DNA of 64,000 nucleotides from Candidatus Coprenecus stercoravium (GCA_019116865.1 DXAW01000093.1:14640-78639); one strand, 5' to 3'; counted from the stretch's first letter, positions 10,501 through 19,338 are shown. The notes: generated by a model from the letters alone, not told the origin. Translations and numbers: made by a program.

Positions 10501-12040
10501 TTATATGGAGGTCGGAGTAAGGTACGTCCAGGAATATTCTGGCTCTTTCCGGAGAGTTGCCGTGGTTGAAATTGACGATGCCCTGGAACATCGCCGGCAG
10601 AGCCTGGTCGTGGCTGACCAGTCTGATATCTGCCCGATGCTCCCGCATCTGTCCTGTGACAGCTATATGACGGTAAGTGTAGCCGTTGATATTGATTCTT
10701 GATATGCGCAAGGAATCCAGATTTGCCGTTATCTCCCTATTGTCTCCTGCTCCCAGCCGGGCATGGAAGCCGGCTGTCATGTCAACAGGTCCGAAAAGGT
10801 CGTTGGACAGCACCCTGCCGATATCCATATTTTCCAGCCAGAGTGAGGATGAGATATCCATGCCTTCGCCTTTCTTGAAGCCGAGGTTGGCCTCATACCC
10901 GGCTTTGCCGGCATCGGAGGAGAGCTGGCCGATTGAGTAGATATCAGAGAAAGTGCCGTAGGCCTCGCCTCTGAGCGTGACTTCTGTGCCGGACAGGATA
11001 GAGTTGATGTTGTTGTCTTTACGGCTGAAGTGCTTTACTATTCCGGATACGTCGGCTGTGGTCGTGGAGATTTCCTTGAAATTGATGTTGAAATATGTGT
11101 TTTCAATATCAGGCAGTCCTGAGACGGAGGCGCCTATTCTGACTGACGTGCTGTCTCCGGAAGAAACCAGCAGGTCGTGTGTCACCAGATTGCATACCGG
11201 GCCGGTTATTTCGCCGTTGATATTGAGCTTCAGTATATTGCCTTGCAATGCTTTGGCGAAGTATCCCAAGCTGCGGAAGTCCAGATATGAGTTGCGGAAA
11301 TCCGCTCCAAGAGTGATTTTGTGGACGAAATCCTTCAGGTCCTTGCCGCTGTTGTAGCCGAAGGACAGATAGGCGGCGTCTATTTCCGAATAGGTGTCGG
11401 AAAGGTGCAGGTTGCGGATCCGGCTTTTGCTGGAGTTGAGGGAGAACACACCGGACAGGGAGCGCAGCTCATAACCTGAGCAGTCCATGGCGCTGATGTC
11501 CCTTATTCTGCATATTATGGTGTTGTCTCTGATTCGTATCCTGTTGATTCTCGCATCGATGTCTTCTATATTCAGGTTTTTGAAGTTCATCATTCCGCTG
11601 CGCTCTACCGTGTCTCCTGCCGGATTCCGCAGACTGAATCTCATGTTTCTGAGCGTCAGGTCGTTGATGTTCATGTCCGGCACTCTGAGCGGTTTTTTCA
11701 GAGAGTCTGGCTTGGGAGACAGATTAAGGATACGGTGTATGTTGGAGTATTTGCCGGGGCCTTCCTTTATCAGGTTGAAGCATCCGTTTTCGATGAAAAT
11801 CCTGTTTGCGGTAATCCTTCCGCGCAGCAGTTCTGCGGGAAGAAGCGAGACCGATAGCTTTTCGAATGCCGCCAGAGTGTCTCCGGCGGCACCGGTAACG
11901 GTCACGTCATATGCCATGACTTTATTGAAAAACACCACAGCAATCCTGCCGACTTCTATGTTGCCGTTGATTTTAGGCTCGATAGCAGTCACTACCCTCC
12001 GGGCTATCCTGTTCTGCACTTTCGGGAACTGAAGCGCCAC
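7505..12040 (-). CDS. tamB: Translocation and assembly module protein TamB (DUF490 family)
   Basis: The protein is 1511 aa, a repetitive beta-rich sequence with a DUF490-like C-terminal region. The listed start at 12040 is GTG. A TamB-like signal anchor is encoded in frame just upstream without a canonical start (see findings). Confidence 0.85.
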   Translation of the reverse strand: MALQFPKVQNRIARRVVTAIEPKINGNIEVGRIAVVFFNKVMAYDVTVTGAAGDTLAAFEKLSVSLLPAELLRGRITANRIFIENGCFNLIKEGPGKYSNIHRILNLSPKPDSLKKPLRVPDMNINDLTLRNMRFSLRNPAGDTVERSGMMNFKNLNIEDIDARINRIRIRDNTIICRIRDISAMDCSGYELRSLSGVFSLNSSKSRIRNLHLSDTYSEIDAAYLSFGYNSGKDLKDFVHKITLGADFRNSYLDFRSLGYFAKALQGNILKLNINGEITGPVCNLVTHDLLVSSGDSTSVRIGASVSGLPDIENTYFNINFKEISTTTADVSGIVKHFSRKDNNINSILSGTEVTLRGEAYGTFSDIYSIGQLSSDAGKAGYEANLGFKKGEGMDISSSLWLENMDIGRVLSNDLFGPVDMTAGFHARLGAGDNREITANLDSLRISRININGYTYRHIAVTGQMREHRADIRLVSHDQALPAMFQGIVNFNHGNSPERARIFLDVPYSDLHIMNVVKKGEISSLGITAQADLRLSDKSVLGSVLLDNISYANDNGQYLIDSLYIRSAIMEGRNIVTVKSPILHADYSSTDSPARMINRLKLAVQGRSLAPVLMADTSDTDRPDGHYAVHLKTMDVSKICDILLPGLSIADNTTLDVRLSADNELEVKARSSAISYHKGPGKNYNLNGLMISASNPSGALSGLLSVDRLASDGFIMDNLNLYVGEHDSTLRAALSYHNADTAYLDLSGGARFDRDGNGRLTAKVNIDNSEINLRGHRWRLRPASVDIADRRYEIRDFGLAGESDTIKISGVISDAPNDKLSATIENIDLSVLNTFINPGIDLKGRLSGEIDLYSLLSRMGATMEIDGDGLSIFGKDLGHLSVLSRRDINRDRFNVLINNYIEDTNPINISGYYSPSRKYLNFNLSLNDLALSYLDPVLNKFADITGGTVSGDILVSGPADRLMFSSSNTTLDSLLLTPHYTQVPYIISGPVTMNQRSIDLRGLDIVDPEGSKAVLNGSMTHNFFKQIYLDANMAFDNFLCLNTVEKDNDKFYGTAYASGNVSLNGYTDNLAINADVATNDNSAIHIPLSSASSATTTDLISYTDFSLPEDSVSMSGTDSEGNQTQTPARKGNVEIRARASVSQGTELLIEMDKQMGDVLRCTGNGEIDLTLNPARNITDLRGDYTVSEGSYHFVVMSIQSRDFTLNEGGSISFNGDLMSTNLNIGATYSTKASISTLISDTTSVGNRRNVNCGIQIQGQLSNPEISFSIDIPDLDPITKGRVESALSTPDKVQKQFAALILSGSFVPDEQSTIVNNSTILYSNASEILSNQFNNIFRQFDIPLDLGLNYQPGTATGSKDMFDVAISYQAFNNRLIINGNVGNSETSSNWAGDFDAEIKVDKQGKLRVTLFTRSADSYSNYLDNTQRSGFGITYQDEFDSFGDFWRNIFFSRKRREEYELQLMKKAEAELEKEAAEANIVKEEIQKPKEDPMNYLESDPVSFSSGQSSQSDR

Positions 12041-12122
12041 GTATGCTGTGAACGGGATAACGCATATCAGGATAAGGATTCCTGTGATTATTTTTCTTAT
12101 AGTTCTGATGGCGCTGGGTATT

Positions 12123-13088
12123 TTACTTGGCCTGCTCCGCCTTTCTGCGTGTTCTGGCGGCCGCTGACTCGAGAACGAGGACCAGGGCTATGCCTATGAG
12201 CGCAAAAAGAACAGCCAGACCGATGTGTCCGGAATATTTAGTAACGTCGCTTATTTCCTTGCCGGATGCAATCAGGCTCTGGAGACCTGTCTGTATGCGT
12301 TCGTCGAAAGGCAGGACGGGCATGGAGACTCCGTCGTGCTGGAACTGCCAGGGCCACACTTTCACCAGTGAGCCTATCATGATGCCGGCCAGGGCTGAAA
12401 TCGTGGTGACGTGATATTTGTTGAGCAGCCATGTCAGGAAATGCGAGAACGATATGATACCGATGGCGGCTCCTGCCACGAAGATGAGAATAAGAGGGAT
12501 GTTCAGGTCGGTGAGGGCCTTGAGCATGTATTCGTATTTGCCGAGGAGCAGCAGGATAAAGCTGCCGGATATGCCGGGAAGTATCATTGCGCAGATGGCG
12601 ATGGCTCCGCAGAGGAATATGAACCACAGCTCATTGGGGGTCTCGGTGGGGGATATCAGGCAGATTGCCGCACCGGCGGCTATGCCGAGCACGAGAGCCA
12701 GCAGATGCCTTATCTTGGTCAGGTCGATGTCTTTCAGAATGAGTATGGCCGATGCGATGATGAGACCGAAGAAAAAGGACCACAGGGGTATCGGCTCGTT
12801 GGCCATCAGGTACTGCATCAGCTTGGCCAGAGAGAAGAAGCTGATGGCTATGCCGAGTATCAGGGATATCAGGAAATTGCCGTTGATGTGTTTCCAGAAC
12901 TGTCCTATCTTGCCGGTGAACAGTAGTTTGAAGGCCTGCGTGTTGATGGATTTGATGGAATTGAGCAGCTCTTCATAGATACCTGTGAGGAAGGCGATGG
13001 TGCCTCCGGACACTCCGGGTATCACGTCGGCCGCTCCCATTCCGATACCCTTTAGGGTAATCATCGCGTAGGAGGAAAATGTTCTCAT
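12123..13088 (-). CDS. DUF368 family membrane protein (polyprenyl-phosphate transporter PopT family)
   Basis: The DUF368 signature GMGAADVIPGVSGGTIAFLTGIYEEL is present, with a second ILPGISGSFILLLLG half. The protein is polytopic. Confidence 0.85.
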   Translation of the reverse strand: MRTFSSYAMITLKGIGMGAADVIPGVSGGTIAFLTGIYEELLNSIKSINTQAFKLLFTGKIGQFWKHINGNFLISLILGIAISFFSLAKLMQYLMANEPIPLWSFFFGLIIASAILILKDIDLTKIRHLLALVLGIAAGAAICLISPTETPNELWFIFLCGAIAICAMILPGISGSFILLLLGKYEYMLKALTDLNIPLILIFVAGAAIGIISFSHFLTWLLNKYHVTTISALAGIMIGSLVKVWPWQFQHDGVSMPVLPFDERIQTGLQSLIASGKEISDVTKYSGHIGLAVLFALIGIALVLVLESAAARTRRKAEQAK

Positions 13089-13093
13089 GTTGT

Positions 13094-13639
13094 CTAATGT
13101 ATGGTAGTTAGATAGTTGATAATATTGTCAATAAGCCTTTCTGACCGACTCTCTCCGCCGTCATTGCCGCTCACTACCATATCGTACTGGCTGATGCGGT
13201 TGTTCTCAATGCCTATCAGAAGGGCCGCATTGGCTTTCTTCAGTAAAAAGTCGGCCTGGAACAGACGTTTACCGGATGTGAGGTCTATCAGTATGTCGAA
13301 CGGCTGTTGCAGAAACTGTGCCGTGCTTTCCGGACGGGGAATGCCGTACCAGTTAAGATTTCTGCGCCGAAGTATTGTGACATTGCTGTCGTTCAGCAGT
13401 TTCTGGTCGGTTAGCGGTTCCTTGCCGAAATCCAGGCATATCACTCTGCATGCCTTGCCGGCGGCGGCCATACGTTTCAGGAACGTCTTGACGGCTTCCG
13501 CTGTGTCCGGATTCTCGGTATTGACAATCAGGCCGACAAGATGTGCGGACGACAGGGACACATATTTCCCGTGATGGATGTCCGTCAGTTTTTTCAGAGC
13601 TTTTCTCTGTAATATGCGTGTCAGAAACCAATTTCTCAT
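13094..13639 (-). CDS. Hypothetical cytoplasmic protein (181 aa), first gene of the DUF368-tamB operon
   Basis: The ORF is clean and lies 5 nt upstream of the DUF368 gene. It has no signal peptide and no motif I recognise. Confidence 0.5.
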   Translation of the reverse strand: MRNWFLTRILQRKALKKLTDIHHGKYVSLSSAHLVGLIVNTENPDTAEAVKTFLKRMAAAGKACRVICLDFGKEPLTDQKLLNDSNVTILRRRNLNWYGIPRPESTAQFLQQPFDILIDLTSGKRLFQADFLLKKANAALLIGIENNRISQYDMVVSGNDGGESRSERLIDNIINYLTTIH

Positions 13640-13703
13640 CCCCCAAAGATAGCAAAAAGATTAAAATGATATATTTTTGCCTCGGATAAACGTTAAATTT
13701 TAT

Positions 13704-14903
13704 ATGAGTACAGTGAATATAGGGATTTTCGGCAGGAGAAATGTCGGAAAATCCTCGATAATCAACGCTATGACAGGACAGGAGGTGGCGATAGTATCGG
13801 ACCGGCCAGGGACGACTACCGACCCGGTGCGTAAGAGACTGGAGATATTCGGTCTCGGCCCGTGTGTGCTGATAGATACTGCCGGTATAGATGACGAGGG
13901 AGAGCTTGGACAGAAAAGGGTGGCCGGTACGGAGGCTGTTGTGGCTCAGATAGATGTGGCGGTGCTTGTGTTTGCCGGAGATGATTTCGGAGAGCCGGAG
14001 GACAGGCTCATGCGGCAGTTCAGGAGATATTCCTTGCCGGTAGTGCTGGTGCATAACAAATCCGACAAGGCAGCTCTTACCGGTAGCACTGCGGACAGAC
14101 TGTCCGCCGAGTATTCATTGCCTGTGCTGGAATTTTCCGCCCGGACCGCCGGGTCAGGGACAGGTGTGGCTGAGTTGACAGACCGTATACGTCAGGTGGT
14201 GAAAAACTCTGCTTTCAGTGCGGAGAGGCCAATGTTTGAAGGGCTGGTGGAGGAAGGACAGCATGTGCTTCTGGTATGCCCGATAGACAGCGAGGCTCCT
14301 ACAGGAAGGCTGATACTTCCTCAGGTCAATGCGATACGCAATTTATTGGACATAGGCGCCGTGGTCACAGTGGCGCAGCCTGACAGGATAGGACAGGTGC
14401 TTTCCTGCAGCCGCAACGGATTCGATCTAGTTGTCACGGACAGTCAGGCGTTCGGAGAAGTGGCTGAGGCTGTGCCCGGGGAGATTCCTCTGACCAGCTT
14501 CAGTATGCTTTTGGCCAGAAGCAAGGGCTGTTTCAAGGAATATTGCGAGGGGACACCGAGGATAAGCAGTCTGAAAGACGGGGACAGGATACTGATACTC
14601 GAATCCTGCACTCATCACGCTTCCTGTGATGATATCGGCAGGGTCAGGATACCGGCGCTTATGCGGAAATTCACGGGGAAGACCCTGGCATTCGATGTGG
14701 TGGGCGGACTTGATACAGTGGAGAGGCCGGTCAAGGAATATGCGCTGGTGCTTCAGTGCGGGGGCTGCATGATTACCCGCCGGCAGCTATTCTCCAGGCT
14801 GTTGCCGGCTATCGAGTCCGGTGTTCCGGTCACTAATTACGGTATGGCCATTTCCTATATGAAAGGCATTTACGACAGGGCGCTCAAACCGTTGCTGAAA
14901 TGA
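13704..14903 (+). CDS. hydF: [FeFe]-hydrogenase H-cluster maturation GTPase HydF
   Basis: The P-loop region GIFGRRNVGKSSIINAMTGQEVAIVSDRPGTTTDPV is present, with C-terminal Cys residues. The ATG at 13704 is preferred over the TTG at 13677. Confidence 0.85.
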   Translation: MSTVNIGIFGRRNVGKSSIINAMTGQEVAIVSDRPGTTTDPVRKRLEIFGLGPCVLIDTAGIDDEGELGQKRVAGTEAVVAQIDVAVLVFAGDDFGEPEDRLMRQFRRYSLPVVLVHNKSDKAALTGSTADRLSAEYSLPVLEFSARTAGSGTGVAELTDRIRQVVKNSAFSAERPMFEGLVEEGQHVLLVCPIDSEAPTGRLILPQVNAIRNLLDIGAVVTVAQPDRIGQVLSCSRNGFDLVVTDSQAFGEVAEAVPGEIPLTSFSMLLARSKGCFKEYCEGTPRISSLKDGDRILILESCTHHASCDDIGRVRIPALMRKFTGKTLAFDVVGGLDTVERPVKEYALVLQCGGCMITRRQLFSRLLPAIESGVPVTNYGMAISYMKGIYDRALKPLLK

Positions 14904-15937
14904 CAAGGGAGGAACTTATATCAGCTCTGGAGGATCCCGGTCCGGAGAATGCGGCCGTCCTGTATGCCAAGGCATATGAGGTGAAAAAAAAGACAGTGGG
15001 AGAGAGCGTGTATCTGAGAGGACTGGTGGAGATATCCAATATCTGCCGGAAGAATTGCCTTTATTGCGGCATACGGAGGGATAACGGCAATACACGCAGA
15101 TATGAGCTGGAGCCGGAGGAGGTTCTGAGGGCGGCTGAGTTTGCATACAACGGGGGCTACGGCTCGCTCGTTATCCAGGGAGGAGAGCGTACTGACCGCA
15201 GGTTCATAGATAAGATAACGTCCCTTTTGGCGGAGATAAAGCGCCGGTGGCCTCTCGGAATAACCCTTTCTCTCGGAGAGCAGTCCAAGGAGGTGTACCG
15301 GGAATGGTTTGAGGCGGGAGCGCACAGATACTTGCTCCGCATAGAGTCCTCCACAAAGGAACTTTATGAGAAAATCCATCCTGCTGATGCGCTTCACAGC
15401 TATGAGACAAGACTGGAGGCCCTTGTCAATCTTCGCGGATGCGGGTATCAGGTGGGTACTGGAGTCATGATAGGCCTGCCTTTCCAGACAGCCGCGCATC
15501 TGGCGGATGACCTGCTGTTTTTCAAGCGCATGGACATAGACATGTGCGGCATGGGACCGTATCTGGAACACTCCGGGACACCGTTGTATGAGTATCGGGA
15601 CCGACTCATGCCGAAGTATGACAGGCTGGAACTATCGCTTAGGATGGTGGCGTTGCTAAGGCTGCTCATGCCAGATATCAACATAGCGGCCACAACAGCC
15701 ATGCAGGCCATAGCTCCGGACGGCAGGGAGAGGGCTATAATGGCAGGAGCCAATGTGCTTATGCCCAATCTCACATTGTCGGATGTGAGGGAGGAGTACC
15801 AGATATATCAGAACAAACCGGGAGTGGGGGAGGATGCGGCCATATCCTCCTCCATGACCGAGAAGCGGTTGAGGGATATGAAAATCCCCATCGGTTATGG
15901 CCGGTGGGGAGATTCACTGCATTTCAGCAAGAGATAG
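14900..15937 (+). CDS. hydE: [FeFe]-hydrogenase maturase HydE (radical SAM)
   Basis: The radical-SAM motif CRKNCLYCGIRRDN is present and the architecture is BioB-like. An ATGA overlap links it to hydF. Confidence 0.8.
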   Translation: MTREELISALEDPGPENAAVLYAKAYEVKKKTVGESVYLRGLVEISNICRKNCLYCGIRRDNGNTRRYELEPEEVLRAAEFAYNGGYGSLVIQGGERTDRRFIDKITSLLAEIKRRWPLGITLSLGEQSKEVYREWFEAGAHRYLLRIESSTKELYEKIHPADALHSYETRLEALVNLRGCGYQVGTGVMIGLPFQTAAHLADDLLFFKRMDIDMCGMGPYLEHSGTPLYEYRDRLMPKYDRLELSLRMVALLRLLMPDINIAATTAMQAIAPDGRERAIMAGANVLMPNLTLSDVREEYQIYQNKPGVGEDAAISSSMTEKRLRDMKIPIGYGRWGDSLHFSKR

Positions 15938-15948
15938 AAGTGTCCGTA

Positions 15949-16893
15949 CTACAATTCGATGTGGATACGCTCCGAGATATATTTGTTTCCGGCCCGTAGC
16001 CGGATGTCTATGTAGTTGTCATCCTGCTCGTAGCAATATTCATCGTTGTATTTTATCACTATGGCGTTGCCTTCGATGGTGGAGGACAGCTGTGTGGCGC
16101 AGTTGGACTTGAGCACCGGTCTCTGGCTGGTGGAAATCTCTCTTCCGCCCAGCTTAAGGGTGACGACAGCCTTGCCTTTGCTTACCTGAACGCATTCCAG
16201 AGTAATCTGGTCGTACAGTTCCCGGTAGCGGTTGGAAAGTATCTGAACCTGACCGTACCTCGGATCCTGTGTGTCGAATTCGTCCAGAAACACCCTGAGG
16301 CGGTTGATATTCTCTCCGATTGATTCTACGGACGGTACTGTCCTGATACCGGATTCGAACTGTTCAAGTCCGGCGTTGAGACTATTGTCGTGCTCGATAT
16401 ATTGGGCGGCCAGCATCTTCATGTCATGCTCACTGTAGGGATATTTGACAGCATAGAAATAATCGGTCTGTTTGTTCGACTTCCATTGTCTCTGCTCCCA
16501 GTAGAAGTCCGTAGCCTTGGCCAGGGATATCTCGCTGATAAAAGGCAGTTTGGCTGTTCTGGACACGATGGATGTCTCAAGCTGTTGGGCGCTCGAGAAG
16601 CCGTCGGCGTTTTCCGAATAGGAGGAGAGCAGGCTGGACTCTGCGACGACACGGGTCGCTATGCTCTGAGCTATCTGCTGCTTGACAGACTCTGTCACGG
16701 CTGCTTTCGCCTCCTCAATGCTGCTGCCGGAGGCCGTTGCTATCAGATAGCCGTTCTCAACGGAATTAACCCATTCGGGCATGTGCTTTGCACTTGCGTC
16801 AAGTATCTTGTACTGTGCTTTCTGAGCATATGAGGGAAGGACTGACGCCACACTTGCCGCAAGAATGCAGATAATAGTCCTTAGTGTTTTCAT
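15949..16893 (-). CDS. Exported protein with N-terminal LPP20-like module (314 aa), last gene of the five-gene operon
   Basis: The signal peptide ends ..SVLPSYAQ. The stretch MPEWVNSVENGYLIATASGSSIEEAKAAVTESVKQQIAQSIATRV matches the LPP20 pattern. An ATGA overlap links it to the upstream gene. Confidence 0.6.
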   Translation of the reverse strand: MKTLRTIICILAASVASVLPSYAQKAQYKILDASAKHMPEWVNSVENGYLIATASGSSIEEAKAAVTESVKQQIAQSIATRVVAESSLLSSYSENADGFSSAQQLETSIVSRTAKLPFISEISLAKATDFYWEQRQWKSNKQTDYFYAVKYPYSEHDMKMLAAQYIEHDNSLNAGLEQFESGIRTVPSVESIGENINRLRVFLDEFDTQDPRYGQVQILSNRYRELYDQITLECVQVSKGKAVVTLKLGGREISTSQRPVLKSNCATQLSSTIEGNAIVIKYNDEYCYEQDDNYIDIRLRAGNKYISERIHIEL

Positions 16894-17363
16894 TCTGTCT
16901 TGTCTGATTGGTTAATATGCTCGTTGTAGTATTCCTTTGCCTGATTGATCATAGCCCGGAGCTTGGGGTCACGGGCCTTGATTTTCTTTACCGCATCCAT
17001 ATATGAGGACTTGTCATTGTCGGCTATGCCCTTTACCGTGAAGGATGTCTGGCTCAGGTTCTCTCCTGTCTCAATGTCTGTGATGAAGATTGATATCTCC
17101 AGTTCCGTGACGTACATCGGCGGAGCGGTGGGTGTGACGTCCTTTGACAGCAGGATGGCATCCGTCCTCATGATGAACCGGCTGTATTCCGCCGATACAT
17201 TGTTGAGAACCAGTGCCTGTGTAAGATTGGACTTGAGTGTTGCGGCAGCGTTCTCATGAGTGATTCCGTCCGGAGCGGCCACAAATATCTTCAGCTCGTC
17301 CTCGGCATGCAGGAGCATGACAGTGGACAGCAGGAAGGCAGCGATTGTAATAAACTTTCTCAT
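16890..17363 (-). CDS. Exported protein (157 aa), LpoB/TolB-N/FlgO-like pattern
   Basis: The signal peptide is MRKFITIAAFLLSTVMLLHA. The mature start LKIFVAAPDG is followed by the amphipathic helix AATLKSNLTQALVLNN. Confidence 0.6.
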   Translation of the reverse strand: MRKFITIAAFLLSTVMLLHAEDELKIFVAAPDGITHENAAATLKSNLTQALVLNNVSAEYSRFIMRTDAILLSKDVTPTAPPMYVTELEISIFITDIETGENLSQTSFTVKGIADNDKSSYMDAVKKIKARDPKLRAMINQAKEYYNEHINQSDKTE

Positions 17364-17378
17364 AGCGTATCAGTGTTA

Positions 17379-18344
17379 TCAGTCTCCAAGAACAATCCAT
17401 ACATTGCCGAGTCCCCTTTCATTGATGGAGTAGGGAAGATTGAAAGGCTCCTTGTTGAGGAAGCGGGCGAGATCCATGGCGAATGAGCGTGTGTCTATAG
17501 CTCTCTCCTTGCCAAGTACAGTCTTGTAGAGAGGAATCCTTACCTGCTCATAATCAGTGTAGTAGTCTCCGCCTCCGGCTCTGGTGAAGCGATGGTTGAC
17601 AGTGTTCTCGTCCATCCACCAGTCAAGTATGTCGGTGAGGGCCACTATCTCTCCCATAAACTCGAAATCGTCATACATGGTCACGGGGCAGTTGTCAGTC
17701 ATGCGTACTGATATGGTGACCTCGCGGCCGTTTGCGAACATGTCGTCGAAGTGATTCTGCAGTGCGGCGTTGAAAGCGTCCATATAGTTAAGTACGGCTT
17801 CCTCCACCAGAATGCCGGTGGATACAGCCGTGGAGGGCTGTCCGTCACCGGATGCAGTGGTGATGACCTTGCTGGTGTATGCGTCGATACCGCGGAGGTT
17901 GAACGAGATATATTTCTGAGGGCCTCTGGACTTGATGTTGAAATCCAGGTCCATGATGATGTCTGCCTTTGCAGTCCTTTTCAGTTTGTCCAGCGGAGAC
18001 TCATATATCGAACCGCCTCCACGGCCGGAGAATAGAGCGGCTTCGGCAGCCTGGCTCTCCATGGTCTTGAGGGTCTGTTCGAGATCCTTCAGAGGGAAGC
18101 CTCTGTCGGCCATGATTCTGGAAAGCTCGGAGATGGCAAGACGCAGGTTCTCATCGCTCAGGAAAGCCCTGCCGTAATCGGCTGATGAGTGTGTGGTGCC
18201 GTTTTCGTCCTGATAATTTGTGACATATCCTTCCCTTTCGCAGTAGATGTCGCTGGGGATTACCATGATGGTAGGCTTTTTTGCCTGTGAGAAAGCTGTC
18301 AGTGCAGACAGCATCATGATGATTGAAAGTATTGTCTTTTTCAT
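17379..18344 (-). CDS. Exported protein (321 aa), N-terminal LpoB/FlgO-like pattern plus C-terminal domain
   Basis: The signal peptide ends ..LTAFSQ. KPTIMVIPSD is followed by the helix LRLAISELSRIMADRGFPL. No catalytic motif is seen. Confidence 0.6.
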   Translation of the reverse strand: MKKTILSIIMMLSALTAFSQAKKPTIMVIPSDIYCEREGYVTNYQDENGTTHSSADYGRAFLSDENLRLAISELSRIMADRGFPLKDLEQTLKTMESQAAEAALFSGRGGGSIYESPLDKLKRTAKADIIMDLDFNIKSRGPQKYISFNLRGIDAYTSKVITTASGDGQPSTAVSTGILVEEAVLNYMDAFNAALQNHFDDMFANGREVTISVRMTDNCPVTMYDDFEFMGEIVALTDILDWWMDENTVNHRFTRAGGGDYYTDYEQVRIPLYKTVLGKERAIDTRSFAMDLARFLNKEPFNLPYSINERGLGNVWIVLGD

Positions 18345-18353
18345 AGTGCGGTG

Positions 18354-18854
18354 TTAAAATCCTGAATTAAGAGATCTGATTACGCCTGCATCCTGCAGGT
18401 CGTTGCGGAGGTTGTCGTACATTACCTGTACTATGAGCCCGATTTTATAGCCTCCTTTGACTTTTATCTTGTCCTGCTCGGGTATGACTCCGTCCGAGGT
18501 GATGTTGACATATCTAAGATACTGTCCTCCCGGAGTGAAGAAATTCTCGAAAAAAGCAGAGTGCTTCTGTTCGTCCGAACTGCTGCACAGAGCCGGGGTG
18601 CCGCTTACGGCCCCTGCTGACGGAAGTCCCCGGAAAATGCATACTTCCACGGCTGCCTTTTTGGCCAGAGCTATGGCTTTTTTCTCATTTTTCTCAGTTA
18701 CGTAGATTTTGAAAACTTTCGTACCGTCCGTTCCGACTCCCAGTGTGACTACCTCGTAGTTACGGGAATCCTTGTAAGTGTATTTCTGTCCGTAGGCCGG
18801 TGCCGCCAGGAAGGCGCATACGGCGAGCATGGTGATTATTGTACGTGTTCTCAT
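18354..18854 (-). CDS. Exported small protein (166 aa), unknown function
   Basis: The signal peptide is MRTRTIITMLAVCAFLAAPAYGQ. The gene sits 2 nt after the upstream gene and 9 nt before the next. Confidence 0.6.
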   Translation of the reverse strand: MRTRTIITMLAVCAFLAAPAYGQKYTYKDSRNYEVVTLGVGTDGTKVFKIYVTEKNEKKAIALAKKAAVEVCIFRGLPSAGAVSGTPALCSSSDEQKHSAFFENFFTPGGQYLRYVNITSDGVIPEQDKIKVKGGYKIGLIVQVMYDNLRNDLQDAGVIRSLNSGF

Positions 18855-18856
18855 GG

Positions 18857-19309
18857 CTATAGTATGTTGTCTACTTCAAATGCTATTTTCTTTTTTTCAA
18901 AATCATTGAAATCGTAAAGGATGTAGTAGAGATATACGTCTTGTTTCTTGATTACCCTGTGCTCCCAGTATGTCTCTACGGCGGTCCATTCGGATATATT
19001 GCGTACAAAATCCGTATTCTCCACGGCTTCAAGGATGTCGTTGACGTCCCTGCCCTGGAAATTAATACCGAGCAGGTATTTTGTGACCGACGAGACAACT
19101 ATGTCATGCAGCTTGTCAAATGCCGCATCCCTTGCGCTGTTGATACTTACTGTGCTTTCGCCGCGGACTTTCATCAGGTACGCGCTTCCCGGATCCTTCT
19201 TGACCCATACAGGACGTTTTTCGCTGCTGCTTTCCTGTAGCTTGCCCTGTCCGTATGAAGATGAGAGAGCGGTCAGGCAGACTGCAAGTATGAGTAGAAA
19301 TCTTTTCAT
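18857..19309 (-). CDS. Exported LPP20-like protein (150 aa), first gene of the operon
   Basis: The ATG at 19309 gives the signal peptide MKRFLLILAVCLTALSSSYGQ. The stretch RPVWVKKDP..VRGES..SARDAAFDKLHDIVVSSV matches the LPP20 pattern. The ORF-track start at 19351 is TTG and would include the predicted promoter box. Confidence 0.6.
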   Translation of the reverse strand: MKRFLLILAVCLTALSSSYGQGKLQESSSEKRPVWVKKDPGSAYLMKVRGESTVSINSARDAAFDKLHDIVVSSVTKYLLGINFQGRDVNDILEAVENTDFVRNISEWTAVETYWEHRVIKKQDVYLYYILYDFNDFEKKKIAFEVDNIL

Positions 19310-19338
19310 AGCATATAATTTATGATTGTCAATATTTA

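Noticed and set aside
8019-12032. A series of 60-183-aa plus-strand ORFs inside the tamB region.
   Set aside because: They are shadow ORFs opposite a continuous 1511-codon TamB frame, and their translations are compositionally odd.
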